Part shown: one piece after another, positions 1 through 11,900 of the stretch
How positions within the stretch are numbered: position 1 is the first letter of the stretch
Layout of the letters: the number at the start of each line of letters is the position of its first letter
Origin: Macrostomum lignano
Taxonomy: Eukaryota
NCBI GenBank assembly: GCA_002269645.1
Contig: NIVC01001415.1
Location: 101,557 to 145,804, forward strand
DNA: 44,248 nt
Direction: 5' to 3'
Notes under the pieces: model-generated
Told to the model about the DNA's origin: nothing
Database searches by the model: none
The model's input: the letters and a program-made list of their open reading frames with translations, nothing else
Program-made: the position numbers and the translations under genes

Positions 1-379
1 CGCAACTGAGGATCTGGGACGGTGACCCAGCAACTGAGGATCTGGGACGGTGACCCAGCAACTGAGGATCTGGGACGGTGACCCAGCAACTGAGGATCTG
101 GGACGGTGACCAGCAACTGAGGATCTGGGACGGTGACCCAGCAACTGATGATCTGGGACGGTGACCCAGCAACTGAGGATCTGGGAGTCTGGCCCAGCGA
201 CTGAGGATCTGGGAGGCTGGCCCAGCAACTGAGGATCTGAAAGGCTGGCCCAGCAACTGAGGATCTGGGAGGCTAACCCAACAACTGAGGATCTGGGAGG
301 ATAACCCAACAACTGAGGATCTGGGAGACTGGCCCAGCAACTGAGGATCTGGGAGGCTAACCCAACAACTGAGGATCTG
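1..379. repeat. ~29-bp minisatellite (CAGCAACTGAGGATCTGGGACGGTGACC-like), runs off the window start
   Basis: Directly visible tandem units with gradual variant drift (..GGGAGGCTGGCC..). Confidence 0.95.
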
Positions 380-757
380 CATGGGATAGTGGCTACAAAA
401 GCCATTGGTTATGTTTCATAATGTTAGTTTTCTAGAGTTCAACGAGAGAACCAAAAAAATAATGGTGCGCCTTGAACTACTTAACTTATGTAAATTTTTA
501 CGCAGTTTAACAAATACCACCAGCATCGAAATCATTGCTGATTTTTTTGTTTTTCTATTAGCTGAAGGTACGATGTTTTGAGTAGTGTGGACTTTAAGCT
601 CTTAATTGAATATATGGTATTGTGCTGCTATATTAATAGTGGGCCGCTCTTGGCTGGAAGTTGTTTGCTTTCACAAAAAATTATGATAATTAACACTCGT
701 ACACATGCAGGACAAACACTTAAAGGGATGCAACTGAGTTAAAATGCTTTCCTTTGT

Positions 758-1462
758 CTAGTTGAGAATTTCATAATATTTCAATACTTCGAATGCGTTC
801 AATGACTCCACGGTGATTTTCTCCTGCGTCTGCTTGCCATCCTTTGCCTGTTGCTTCTGCTCCTTTTGCTTCTTGGCCGACGGATCGTCGGACGCGTTGG
901 CGTTCGAGTAAAATTCTGCGGTTAAACTGTCGTCCTCATTCTCATCAATGTCGTTGTTCTTGTTAAAGTCATCCGCGTCTTCGTCTCGACTATCTTCGCC
1001 ATCTTCGGTTTCGCTTTCGCTGCTGTTGTTGCTGCTGCTGCTGCCGCTGTCGCTGCTTTTGCTAGTGTTGTCTTCCTCTGCATCGGTATTGGTGCATCCT
1101 TGATCATTTTCGATATCAGTATCATTATCAAGGATACCAGCATTAGAGTTTCCATTGTCTTGATCGGCTCCGACCGTTAGCACGTCTAATAAATCATCGG
1201 CTGTGCTTGAAGCTTCGTCCAGTTGACGCTGCGGCTGTTGCTGGTCGAGGCCCGTCTCGATGGACGCATCGTCCGATATGTCCCAGTTTCGTTCGAGCAC
1301 GGCTACTGAGGCGGATGGCGTAGTTACTAGATCGTGCATGATCGGCTTCTGCTGCTGCTCCTGCTGGATTTGCTGCGTCAATGGCGGCGGAGTGAAGCAG
1401 GAAGCCGGAGACAACAACGACGCCTGATCGTTGGAGACTGGCTCGACAGTTGCTTCCGGCAT
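758..1462 (-). CDS. Uncharacterised acidic, low-complexity (Q/S/D/E-rich) protein; probably a first coding exon of a gene continuing leftwards
   Basis: 234-aa non-repetitive ORF with GC-rich coding-like composition and ATG at 1462 (aacaATG). Composition turns AT-rich just after a possible donor GAA|gtattg near 788. No recognisable domain. Confidence 0.5.
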   Translation of the reverse strand: MPEATVEPVSNDQASLLSPASCFTPPPLTQQIQQEQQQKPIMHDLVTTPSASVAVLERNWDISDDASIETGLDQQQPQRQLDEASSTADDLLDVLTVGADQDNGNSNAGILDNDTDIENDQGCTNTDAEEDNTSKSSDSGSSSSNNSSESETEDGEDSRDEDADDFNKNNDIDENEDDSLTAEFYSNANASDDPSAKKQKEQKQQAKDGKQTQEKITVESLNAFEVLKYYEILN

Positions 1463-1693
1463 TGTTAATTGTCTCTTTCTTTGTTTCTTTGTCGAACGCA
1501 GTCTTCTATTCGAATCTCTTTTAGGAATAGCTCTTTACATCGGTCTTCGCATATAGTTAAAAAAGTTACGCTGCAGAAGATTTTCAAAAGCTATCAAAGC
1601 AAAAATGCTGTTGTCTATGGTCAGTAATCTAAGGTCAGCAGCGGCTGCATGGTCCTTGGAATCAAGATTTGTCTCAAGGTTGGAGGTTCCATG

Positions 1694-2130
1694 CATGAGT
1701 ATGGGGGAGAGTGACACATGAGTATGGGGGAGAGTGACACATGAGTATGGGGGAGAGTGACACATGAGTATGGGGGAGAGTGACACATGAGTATGGGGGA
1801 GAGTGACACATGAGTATGGGGGAGAGTGACACATGAGTATGGGGGAGAGTGACACATGAGTATGGGGGAGAATGACACATGAGTATGGGGAGAGTGACAC
1901 ATGAGTATGGGGAGAGTGACACATGAGTATGGGGGAGAGTGACACATGAGTATGGGGGAGAGTGACACATGAGTATGGGGGAGAGTGACACATGAGTATG
2001 GGGGAGAGTGACACATGAGTATGGGGGAGAGTGACACATGAGTATGGGGGAGAGTGACACATGAGTATGGGGGAGAGTGACACATAAGTATCCGGGAGAG
2101 TGGCACATAAGTATCGGGTAGAGTGACAGA
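1694..2130. repeat. 23-bp minisatellite (CATGAGTATGGGGGAGAGTGACA)
   Basis: About 19 directly visible tandem units. Confidence 0.95.
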
Positions 2131-2768
2131 ACCATCAAACAGTTAACATGTACCTCGTATAAAATGAGGTTTCAAAGCACCATGCAGTTTAAAAAATAAA
2201 CACTGAGTTGTGACGCATGCAATACTTTACGAAAAACACAATTACAACCCCTGCATCTGTCTAAAAGTATTGTGCGTTAGCTCAGGTTTCTTTTAGCAAA
2301 AAAATCAATTTCATGTGTTAACTTAAGGAATAGCTAATCAACTTGAGTGCTTATGCACACATACACTCACAACAATATAGTAGTATGCTTGCAAGACTTG
2401 CATGCAGCTTGAGAATTGTGTTCAGCTTGTTTTATTTCTGTTACCAATGGCAACAACGTGTCTGTGTGTGTACCAAACCGGACATGGGCTACAATGTATG
2501 CAGACGTCTCTTTTGTACATTTGAGACATTTTGGACTCTACGATATTCTAAGAACTTTAGTTTGACGTTAAACCTCATAGTAATTTCTAGTCGACGAACG
2601 GAAATTGTACGCACAGAAAAGCAGTCTGATTGGCTCTATACTGCTGCAACGGTGCGTTGAAAGTAAAGTATAAAAATAAGAATTTTGAGGACATTAATTT
2701 CGTTAATTTATACTAGCTTCAATTTTATAGTAGCTTCTGTCAATAAATAGATTGATATTGAGCTCGAA

Positions 2769-2984
2769 ATGACAAGAAAATCGTCCAGTGGCTTCAGTAG
2801 TCGTGTCCGTCCGTCAGACTATGACATGCAGCATCAGCTGGACATTGTTCAGCCATCGCCAGCTTTGTTTAGTTTGTCCAAGACGTCGCTTGGAGGAACT
2901 AGTCTCGCAGCCAACAATCGGAACGTTGCCACTGAAGTGCAAACGTTGATTGCCGACTTGTACCCGTGGGAGATGACTAAACAT
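2769..2984 (+). CDS. Candidate first coding exon of the TRPA-like gene (MTRKSSSG...WEMTKH)
   Basis: ATG at 2769, 72 open codons, strong donor CAT|gtaaga at 2985. Phase 0 matches the acceptor at 5939. Adding it gives a ~1120-aa protein, the usual TRPA1 size. Linkage to the downstream exons is inferred. Confidence 0.5.
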
Positions 2985-3002
2985 GTAAGATTTTTTTAAA
3001 CA

Positions 3003-4320
3003 AGTCTCTTGATGGGCGCCCCTGTCTCTTGATGGGCGCCCCTGTCTCTTGGTGGGCGCCTCTGTCTCTTGGTGGGCGCCCCTGTCTCTTGGTGGGTGCC
3101 CCTGTCTCTTGGTGGGCGCATCTGTCTCTTGATGTGTCTCTTGGTGGGCGCCCCTGTCTCTTGGTGGGCGCCCCTGTCTCTTGGTGGGTGCCCCTGTCTC
3201 TTGGTGGGCGCATCTGTCTCTTGGTGGGCGCCCTGTCTCTTGGTGGGTGTCTCTGTCTCTTGGTGGGCGCCCCCGTTTCTTGGTGGGCGCCCTGTCTTTG
3301 GTGGGCGCCCCTGTCTCTTGGTGTGCGCCCTGTCTCTTAGTGGGTGCCCTGTCTCTTGGTAGGTGCCCCTGTCTCTTGGTGGGCGCATCTGTCTCTTGGT
3401 GGGCGCCCTGTCTCTTGGTGGGTGTCTCTGTCTCTTGGTGGGCGCCCCTGTCTCTTGGCAGATGCCCCTGTCACTTGGTGGGCGCCCCTGTCTCTTGGTG
3501 GGCGCCCTGTCTCTTGGTGGGCGCCCTGTCTCTTGGTGGGCGCCCCTGTCTCTTGGTGGGTGCCCCTGTCTCTTGGTGGGTGTCTCTGTCTCTTGGTGGG
3601 CGCCCCTGTCTTGGCAGATGCCCCTGTCACTTGGTGGGCGCCCCTGTCTCTTGGTGGGTGCCCCTGTCTCTTGGTGGGTGTCTCTGTCTCTTGGTGGGCG
3701 CCCCCGTTTCTTGGTGGGCGCCCTTGTCTTTTGGTGGGCGCCCCTGTCTCTTGGTGTGCGCTCCTGTCTCTTAGTGGGTGCCCCTGTCTCTTGGTAGGTG
3801 CCCCTGTCTCTTGGTGGGCGCATCTGTCTCTTGGTGGGCGCCCTGTCTCTTGGTGGGCGCCCCTGTCTCTTGGCAGATGCCCCTGTCACTTGGTGGGCGC
3901 CCCTGTCTCTTGGTGGGCGGCCCTGTCTCTTGGTGGGCGGCCCTGTCTCTTGGTGGGCGCCCCTGTCTCTTGGTGGGTGCCCCTGTCTCTTGGTGGGTGT
4001 CTCTGTCTCTTGGTGGGCGCCCCTGTTTCTTGGCAGATGCCCCTGTCACTTGGTGGGCGCCCCTGTCTCTTGGTGGGTGCCCCTGTCTCTTGGTGGGTGT
4101 CTCTGTCTCTTGGTGGGCGCCCCTGTTTCTTGGCAGATGCCCCTGTCACTTGGTGGGCGCCCCTGTTTCTTGGCAGATGCCCCTGTCACTTGGTGGGCGC
4201 CCCTGTCTCTTGGTGGGCCTGTCACTTGGTGGGCGCCCCTGTCTCTTGGTGGGCGGCCCTGTTTCTTGGTGGGCGCCCCTGTCTCTTGGTAGACACCCCT
4301 GTCTCTTAGTGGGCGGCCCC
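3003..4320. repeat. ~19-21-bp minisatellite (CTGTCTCTTGGTGGGCGCCC)
   Basis: Directly visible tandem array with a GGCGCC core; source of the many overlapping artefactual ORFs. Confidence 0.95.
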
Positions 4321-4811
4321 AGTTTCTCCCAGTTCCGATGGATGCCACGTCCAAGAGGTGGCAAAGCTGAGTTCCTGTCATATTATCTCTGTGTCCTTTC
4401 TGCACACGCTACTGTCTTAAGCCCTAGCAAGTAAAAAATAGTATCCGAAAACACATCAATGCTACTTCAAGCATTTTAATAGCCAAATTTTCTTTCTTCA
4501 ACTTGCTGCTTTTATTGCAGTTTAGAATCAACAATAACCTATGGTAACCATAGCAAATATTTTACTTCGAGAACATTCTGAATAAATATAGCATACGATA
4601 TGTTCTGTGAGTGTAATTGATTTTCATGTGGCACAAGGAAACGATTGTTCAAAAACGTGAATCACAGATATGAGTAGCAATGACTACATGATTTTACTGC
4701 AATGAAAGCGCTTAATGTTTATACCGACAAATTCTATGAGTAAATCAGTTTTTCTCTTTAGTCAGCTTAGGCGAGTCAATTAAACTGCAGGACGCACTGA
4801 AGCTCCTGTGT

Positions 4812-5327
4812 TCAACTGAAAGCCTCGTGGTCGAAGATGTACTCTCCAAGTCCAGTGCCGACCCTCTTGAGCTGCGTGATGTAACCTGAGATCTTCTCGA
4901 TGGCATCCACCTGCTCGGTGAGGAACTCGCCCTCCAGATAGTCGGTGAGGTGCGCATCCTCGTGCTTCGATGCGACCTTGTGCAGGTCCAGCAGGCTCTG
5001 GTTGACGTCTCTCTCCAGCTGCAGGGCGTCCTGCATCGCTTCCAGCATGGAGCCCCAGGCCTGCTTCTGCGGCTTGCTGATGTTGTCCAGCACGATGGTG
5101 CCGCCTCGCTGGTTGATCAGCTTCATCAGCTTCTCGGCGTGCCCGCGCTCCTCGACGGACTCTTTTGCGAAGTTGGCGGCGATGCCCGGCAGGGCGACGT
5201 CATCCCTGGCGAAATGGAAGCTCATGCTCTGGTAGGTGTACGACGCGAACAGCTCCATGTTCACCTGCCGGTTCAAGGCGGCCTCGCTCTCTTCGTGGAA
5301 GTTCTGCCTGATCCTGCTGCTGCTCAT
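4812..5327 (-). CDS. FTH: Ferritin, H-type/soma ferritin, intronless (171 aa)
   Basis: Full-length ferritin motifs (RQNFHEESEAALNRQVNMELFASY, EERGHAEKL, LERDVNQSLL, EQVDAI). Ferroxidase residues equivalent to human H-chain E27, Y34, E61, E62, H65, E107 and Q141 are all present. Confidence 0.97.
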   Translation of the reverse strand: MSSSRIRQNFHEESEAALNRQVNMELFASYTYQSMSFHFARDDVALPGIAANFAKESVEERGHAEKLMKLINQRGGTIVLDNISKPQKQAWGSMLEAMQDALQLERDVNQSLLDLHKVASKHEDAHLTDYLEGEFLTEQVDAIEKISGYITQLKRVGTGLGEYIFDHEAFS

Positions 5328-5412
5328 GGTGCGGCGGCTTAATTAACTCTGCTGATCAACGTCTGCTGGATTAGATTGCTTTTGGACTCTCACAAGATTC
5401 GGCGTCTGGAAT

Positions 5413-5434
5413 ATTTATAGACTTCTGCGCGCGC
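5413..5434 (-). promoter_or_regulatory. Ferritin core promoter: TATA box (TATAAAT, 5413-5419) with an adjacent TGCGCGC MRE-like core
   Basis: The minus strand reads ATTGCGCGCGCAGAAGTCTATAAATAT about 90 bp upstream of the ferritin ATG. Confidence 0.55.
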
Positions 5435-5938
5435 AATGTGAAAGTCGCATTAAATGCGATTGCGCTTATCTTCCAAATTGGCCATTCCCTGCGATTGTAC
5501 TTAACATGAGCCACCTCTTGTTTAACACTTGGTTATAAGCGACATGTATAGATAGTGCAGTTCGGATTCATGCTTCATTAGCAGCGTAAATACTGAATAC
5601 CCTCTATTTGATCTTTCGTATGCAGAAACGTTCGGTTATCGTCACTTTCTGTTCAATGTGAATTTCACATTATTCACATAGCAAAAGTATACTTTCCTCA
5701 AGTGGCGATATAGAGTGCATCCTGCACTAGCAGAAGAGAGTGTACACACCTCACGATGAGAGAGTCAGAGCTGCTGCACAGCGCTCAGCTGTCCAGCAGA
5801 ATGGACGTGACTGCTTGCGACTGTCTTCTTTGATTTTCATCCAGCGTCTGAAGGCCCTTTCAAACTGACTAATCTGCAGTCACACCGTTGGATTTCAAAC
5901 CCTCTCTGAACTCAAAGCCGCCCCTCTCCCCCCCGCAG

Positions 5939-8900
5939 TTTCACCACGCGGTTCGCGAAGGCGACGCGCAGTTCGTCCGGGCGGCCGTCCTCGCCAAGCC
6001 GTCGCTGATCGACAGCTTGGACGAGCGGCTCACATGCGCCCTGAGCTACGCCATCAAGTACCGCCGTCTGGAGGTTCTGCAGCTGCTCATTCGGAAAGGC
6101 GCTGCGCTGAACCTTCGCGGCCAAGAGGGCACCCGGCCGATCCACGCGGCTGCAACCTTCAACGTCGAGGAGGCGATGCAGCTGCTGCTGCGGCAGAAGG
6201 GCATCAAGATTGACGTTACTGACGACAAGGGGCAGACGGCCCTGCATGTGGCGTGCCGGAGGAGCCACGTGCAGATCGCCAGAGTGAGGGGTTGCTGATG
6301 ACCTGTAGCCCTGACACCCCTCAGCCCTGACACCTCTCAGCCCTGACACCCTCAGCCCTGACACCTCTCACCGCTGACACCCTCAACCCTGACACCCTCA
6401 GCGCTGACACCCTCAGTCCTGACACCCTCAGTCCTGACACCCTCAGCCCTGACATCCTTCAGCCCTGACACCCTCAGCCCTGACACCCTCAACCCTGACG
6501 CATAGCACTGACACCCCTCAGACCTGACACCCCTCAGCCCTGACACCTTTTAGCCCTGACACCCTCAGCCCTGACACCTCTCAGCGCTGACACCCTCAGT
6601 CCTGACACCCTCAGCCCTGACACTATCAGCCCTGACACCCTTCAGCCCAGACCCCCTCAGCCCTGACACCCTCAGCCATGACACCCACAGCCCAGACCCT
6701 CTCAGCCCTGACACCCTCAGCCATGACATCCTCAGCCCTGACACCCTTCAGCCCAGACCCCCTCAGCCCTGACACCCTTCAGCCCTGACACCCTCAGCCA
6801 TGACACCCACAGCCTAGACCCTCTCAGCCCTGACACCCTCAGCCATGACATCCTCAGCCCTGACACCCTTCAGCTCTGACACCCTCAGCTATGACACCCC
6901 TCAGCCCTGACACCCTTCAGCCCTGGCACCCCTCAACACTAACAGCCTTCAGCCCTGACACCCTCAGCCATGACATCCTCAGCCCTGACACCCTTCAGCT
7001 CTGACACCCTCAGCTATGACACCCCTCAGCCCTGACACCCTTCAGCCCTGGCACCCCTCAACACTAACAGCCTTCAGCCCTGACACCCTCAGCCATGAGA
7101 CCCCTCAGCACTGACACCCTTCAACCCTGACACTACCGTCTCTGACACCCTTCAGCCCTGACACCCTTCAGCCCTGACACCCTTCAGCCCTGACACCCTC
7201 AGCCCTGACACCCTCAGCCCTGACACCCTTCAGCCCTGGCACCCCTCAACACTAACAGCCTTCAGCCCTGACACCCTCAGCCATGAGACCCCTCAGCACT
7301 GACACCCTTCAACCCTGACACTACCGTCTCTGACACCCTTCAGCCCTGACACCCTTCAGCCCTGACACCCTTCAGCCCTGACACCCTCAGCCCTGACACC
7401 CTCAGCCCTGACACCCTCAGCCCTGACACCCTCAGCCCAGACCCTCTCAGCCCTGAAACCCTCAACCCTGACACCCTCAGCCCTGACGCCCCCTCAGCCC
7501 TGCGACACCCTGATAACCCTAAAACCTAGAATTCTCTCTTATACGTCTCAAGCATACTCGAAATTAACTCTCCAATAAAATCTACGCTCGAACAACCCAT
7601 AGTGCATTCTCAGCTTAATTCAACTAACTCAAATCAACTTTACTGATTCTGCAGCTTTTAATCCAGTCGGGTGCCGATGTGCTCAAACAGGAGAAGGATG
7701 GCGTGTCTGCGCTGCACCAGCCGTCTCGGAATGGCAGCTTAGAGCTGTGCGAACTTCTAGTGAGCAAATTTATAGTACTCAACCTAGCGTTTTGAAGAGT
7801 TAAGCATAAGTACTGCGTGCATTGTGTGAATTTATTTTATAATTGAAGCTCTCAAACGGAGCCAACTTGAATGTGGCTGACAATAACGGCCTCAACCCAA
7901 TCATGGTTGCCTGCATCGAGGGTTGCTTAACTGTTCTGAAGGAGCTTCTTCGCCATGCAATGAAAATGCGTAAGGAAAGACGTTCAGAATGCGGCTTTTT
8001 GATCTGCTGCTTTTGTCTTTAAAAAATATGTATGGTTTATCTGCTAAAAACCGTCGTTTTCAGCAGGCAATACAGCCAGCTCGCAAAGCAAGCAGCTGCT
8101 GCTAGAGCGTCAGGACAATGATGGATCGACTGCGCTGCATCATGCCACGCAAAATCGTCAGATTGAGGTGATAAAAATGCTATTTAGAGACTTTGGTTGA
8201 TTCACATTGGACTAAAGTTCACAAGCAGTTATAATTTAACTAAATTTAAAATATTTTAGATTCTCAACTGTCTAGTTGAAGCTGGTTCAAACATCAACGC
8301 CAAACGAGTGAGTATAGCTGAGTTCTCTGCTATTGATTTAGTAAAGAAATAGCCTAGTGTATCTGTAAATTTGTTTTGTTTTGCACTTGTAGTGAAGGAG
8401 GGCTGGGTTTATCCGTCGGGGATTCCCCCAAGGTCATACAAAAAGCATCACGCATTTGTCGCATGGATATAGATCCAGTCTGACCAGTCAACCTCCAAAA
8501 CCTATGCTGATTTTTTACGATGTATAGCGTGATTTTAAATGACCTTAAACTTGATTTAATCCCAATCAGAACGCGGAAAGCTAGTTTTGAACCATAATTT
8601 AATGAGACTCTGGAGACCAAGAGTAAAGACCTTTGCAAAGCTAAAAAGTCAGCTTTACTACACAGCTTCAAATGGTACATACTCATTACTCAACCAACAA
8701 AGTATGTCCTAGAAATTTCCAACCCAGAATTAAAGTGCAACCTGTCACAGTTTAGATTAACAAACCACAAGCTGGTCTGCAAAACAATTTGAGGACCGCG
8801 AGACCATGGATGCATTACGATGAGAGTACAGGACCTGCCCCAAAGTGCCATGTTGGGGTAGAGAGTAAACTTCACTTCCTAATTAAGGGTGGTTGGAACT

Positions 8901-11900
8901 TTTATAGTGCTGCGTCCTTGATTAAATTTGAACAGGAAATTTTTTGGTTTAAGCAGGCGCGTCGCCACCGGCGGGACAGGGGGACATGTCCCCCCAGTAA
9001 AAGCTATGGGGGGGACATGCCAATGCTTTGTGCCCCCACCCCACCTTGTGATTTTTTTAATTAGAGGCAGGGAGGTTGTGTGCATCCTGGCGCACTTTAA
9101 GCGACATAGGCACACAACCGGCGAGAGGCATTACTGCCCATTCCGCCGACTCCCCTGAGCAGGCATACAAGCGCGCGGATACGTACGCAGGCACACACTC
9201 ACACAGGAGTGTACAGCGGCCCTAACTTTATTTTATCGTTAGGCATGTACACTTCACTGTGCCTTGGAGGGTTGGCTCTCAAGGCCGTTAATTGCACGAG
9301 CAGAGCCAAGCCGAGATTCCAATTCAGCCCCAAATTAATGTGACTGCACTTGGAATCGAGCCTGGGTCGCTGGCACACCAGAGCAGCTGCGCTACCGCTG
9401 GGCTACGGCCCCCTCCCTACCTTGTGATTCGTGTTAATCAATAATTTTTCTTCAGGGCGCCAAAAAAGCGCCTTCGGCGCCAGAATGAGTGCCTGCGGCG
9501 CTAAAATGAGTGCCTGTGGCGCCAGAATGAGCGCTGACAACACGATTCTCAAACTAATGTAATTGTAGGAATTTAGTCATGTACATGTTGAGTTCTTGGC
9601 TTTGTCCCCCCCCCACCATAAAATCCATGGCGACGCTCCTGGGTTTAAGTTTCAAACTACAGACGACAGACGAACTATATGACAAAATGTATAACAGAAT
9701 GATAAAATGAATTAATAAATCGAATGAATCGAGTTGAGCTATTTTTCATGATTTTTAAGCACATGACATGTACGAGTACATGTACGTAGGATATAAAATT
9801 AACATATAATTCTTATTACTTATCTGTAATGTAAGCATTTCTTTGGTAAAACCTGCATCCTACGTAATTTTATGCCCTTCTACTTCTACTTGAGTAGTGA
9901 TCGGTTTCCTCACGCACGTCCTGGTACATGATTATTCAACAGAATGACGGCAACACGCCACTGCACATAGCCGCATCGCTGGGCTATCAGGACGTGGCGG
10001 AGATTCTCCTGTCGAATGGCGCAGATCCGGGTTGTCTGGACAAGAAGAGACGAACTCCGTTGCATGAGTGAGTTGACCAGTGTTTTGAAGTCCAACAAAA
10101 AATTGTTTCAACGCAATTCAAATTGCTAATTCACAACACTTTTTTGTCAGATGCGGACTCAATAACCAACCTGACATTGCTAGACAGCTTATCATAAAAG
10201 TAAGTTTAGCATAGTGGATTAAGTTTTATATTATTTACATAATTTTATCCAACCTTCCTTCTTTGGCTGCTTCTTTGGCGCTGGTGGCAGCAATCATTTC
10301 TTGCTTAAACACCTGTTCCGGATTCAACACCCCACGACTTATATATGCTTGCGATCGCTTCAAATTCAGAGTCAGAATTCAGATCGATTGGAATTTCAGC
10401 TACAACAGTGCCATGCCACCAGGTGCTCAAATAATGTTTGAGATTTGTGGGAATAAAATCCCAGGAGCTACAAGTACAGGCTACTGAGAACTGTGTGCCA
10501 CATTTCATATACAAAACTTAATACTAAGTTCTTTTGATCTCAGGTTTACATGAACAGAAGTTGCTTTATTTCAACTACTTACTAAGTTCTCATCAGTAGT
10601 AGTCTATGCGCATCTGAAGCTAAATAACTTGCAAAAACGCCTTTAGCACCAGGGGCTTTAGCACCAGGGGCTTTAGCACCAGGGGCTTTAGCACCAGGGG
10701 CTTTAGCACCAGGGGCTTTAGCACCAGGGGCTTTAGCACCAGGGGCTTTAGCACCAGGGGCTTTAGCACCAGGGGCTTTAGCACCAGGGGCTTTAGCACC
10801 AGGGGCTTTAGCACCAGGGGCTTTAGCACCAGGGGCTTTAGCACCAGGGGCTTTAGCACCAGGGGCTTTAGCACCAGGGGCTTTAGCACCAGGGGCTTTA
10901 GCACCAGGGGCTTTAGCACCAGGGGCTTTAGCACCAGGGGCTTTAGCACCAGGGGCTTTAGCACCAGGGGCTTTAGCACCAGGGGCTTTAGCACCAGGGG
11001 CTTTAGCACCAGGGGCTTTAGCACCAGGGGCTTTAGCACCAGGGGCTTTAGCACCAGGGGCTTTAGCACCAGGGGCTTTAGCACCAGGGGCTTTAGCACC
11101 AGGGGCTTTAGCACCAGGGGCTTTAGCACCAGGGGCTTTAGCACCAGGGGCTTTAGCACCAGGGGCTTTAGCACCAGGGGCTTTAGCACCAGGGGCTTTA
11201 GCACCAGGGGCTTTAGCACCAGGGGCTTTAGCACCAGGGGCTTTAGCACCAGGGGCTTTAGCACCAGGGGCTTTAGCACCAGGGGCTTTAGCACCAGGGG
11301 CTTTAGCACCAGGGGCTTTAGCACCAGGGGCTTTAGCACCAGGGGCTTTAGCACCAGGGGCTTTAGCACCAGGGGCTTTAGCACCAGGGGCTTTAGCACC
11401 AGGGGCTTTAGCACCAGGGGCTTTAGCACCAGGGGCTTTAGCACCAGGGGCTTTAGCACCAGGGGCTTTAGCACCAGGGGCTTTAGCACCAGGGGCTTTA
11501 GCACCAGGGGCTTTAGCACCAGGGGCTTTAGCACCAGGGGCTTTAGCACCAGGGGCTTTAGCACCAGGGGCTTTAGCACCAGGGGCTTTAGCACCAGGGG
11601 CGCCAGCACCAGGGGCTTTAGCACCAGGGGCTTTAGCACCAGGGGCCAGCACCAGGGGCGCCAGCACCAGGGGCGCCAGCACCAGGGGCGCCAGCACCAG
11701 GGGCGCCAGCACCAGGGGCGCCAGCACCAGGGGCGCCAGCACCAGGGGCGCCAGCAACAGGGTGTTTGTTATGTTAGCGAGAGGTCTTGTTAAATCTTGA
11801 TGCAAGCTCCGAACTCCTCCAGGGCGCTGCCGTGGACGCCGCAGACGCAGACTTCATGTCGCCGCTGCACTGGGCCTGCAAGCGGGGCCACCGTCCGGTC

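Noticed and set aside
2996-4434. Many long overlapping ORFs; likewise 15411-16170, 20587-21750, 22495-24159, 29652-31401 and 32570-33388
   Set aside because: All are translations of tandem repeats.
4785-4810. CAGTGC in the ferritin 3'UTR as an IRE
   Set aside because: The flanks (AGCTT / GTCCT) do not form the required 5-bp upper stem with a bulged C.
10582-11805. 407-aa PGAKA-repeat ORF (collagen/elastin-like appearance)
   Set aside because: It is the translation of a 15-bp intronic minisatellite that is open only because the unit length is divisible by 3, and it lies antisense inside a well-supported intron.
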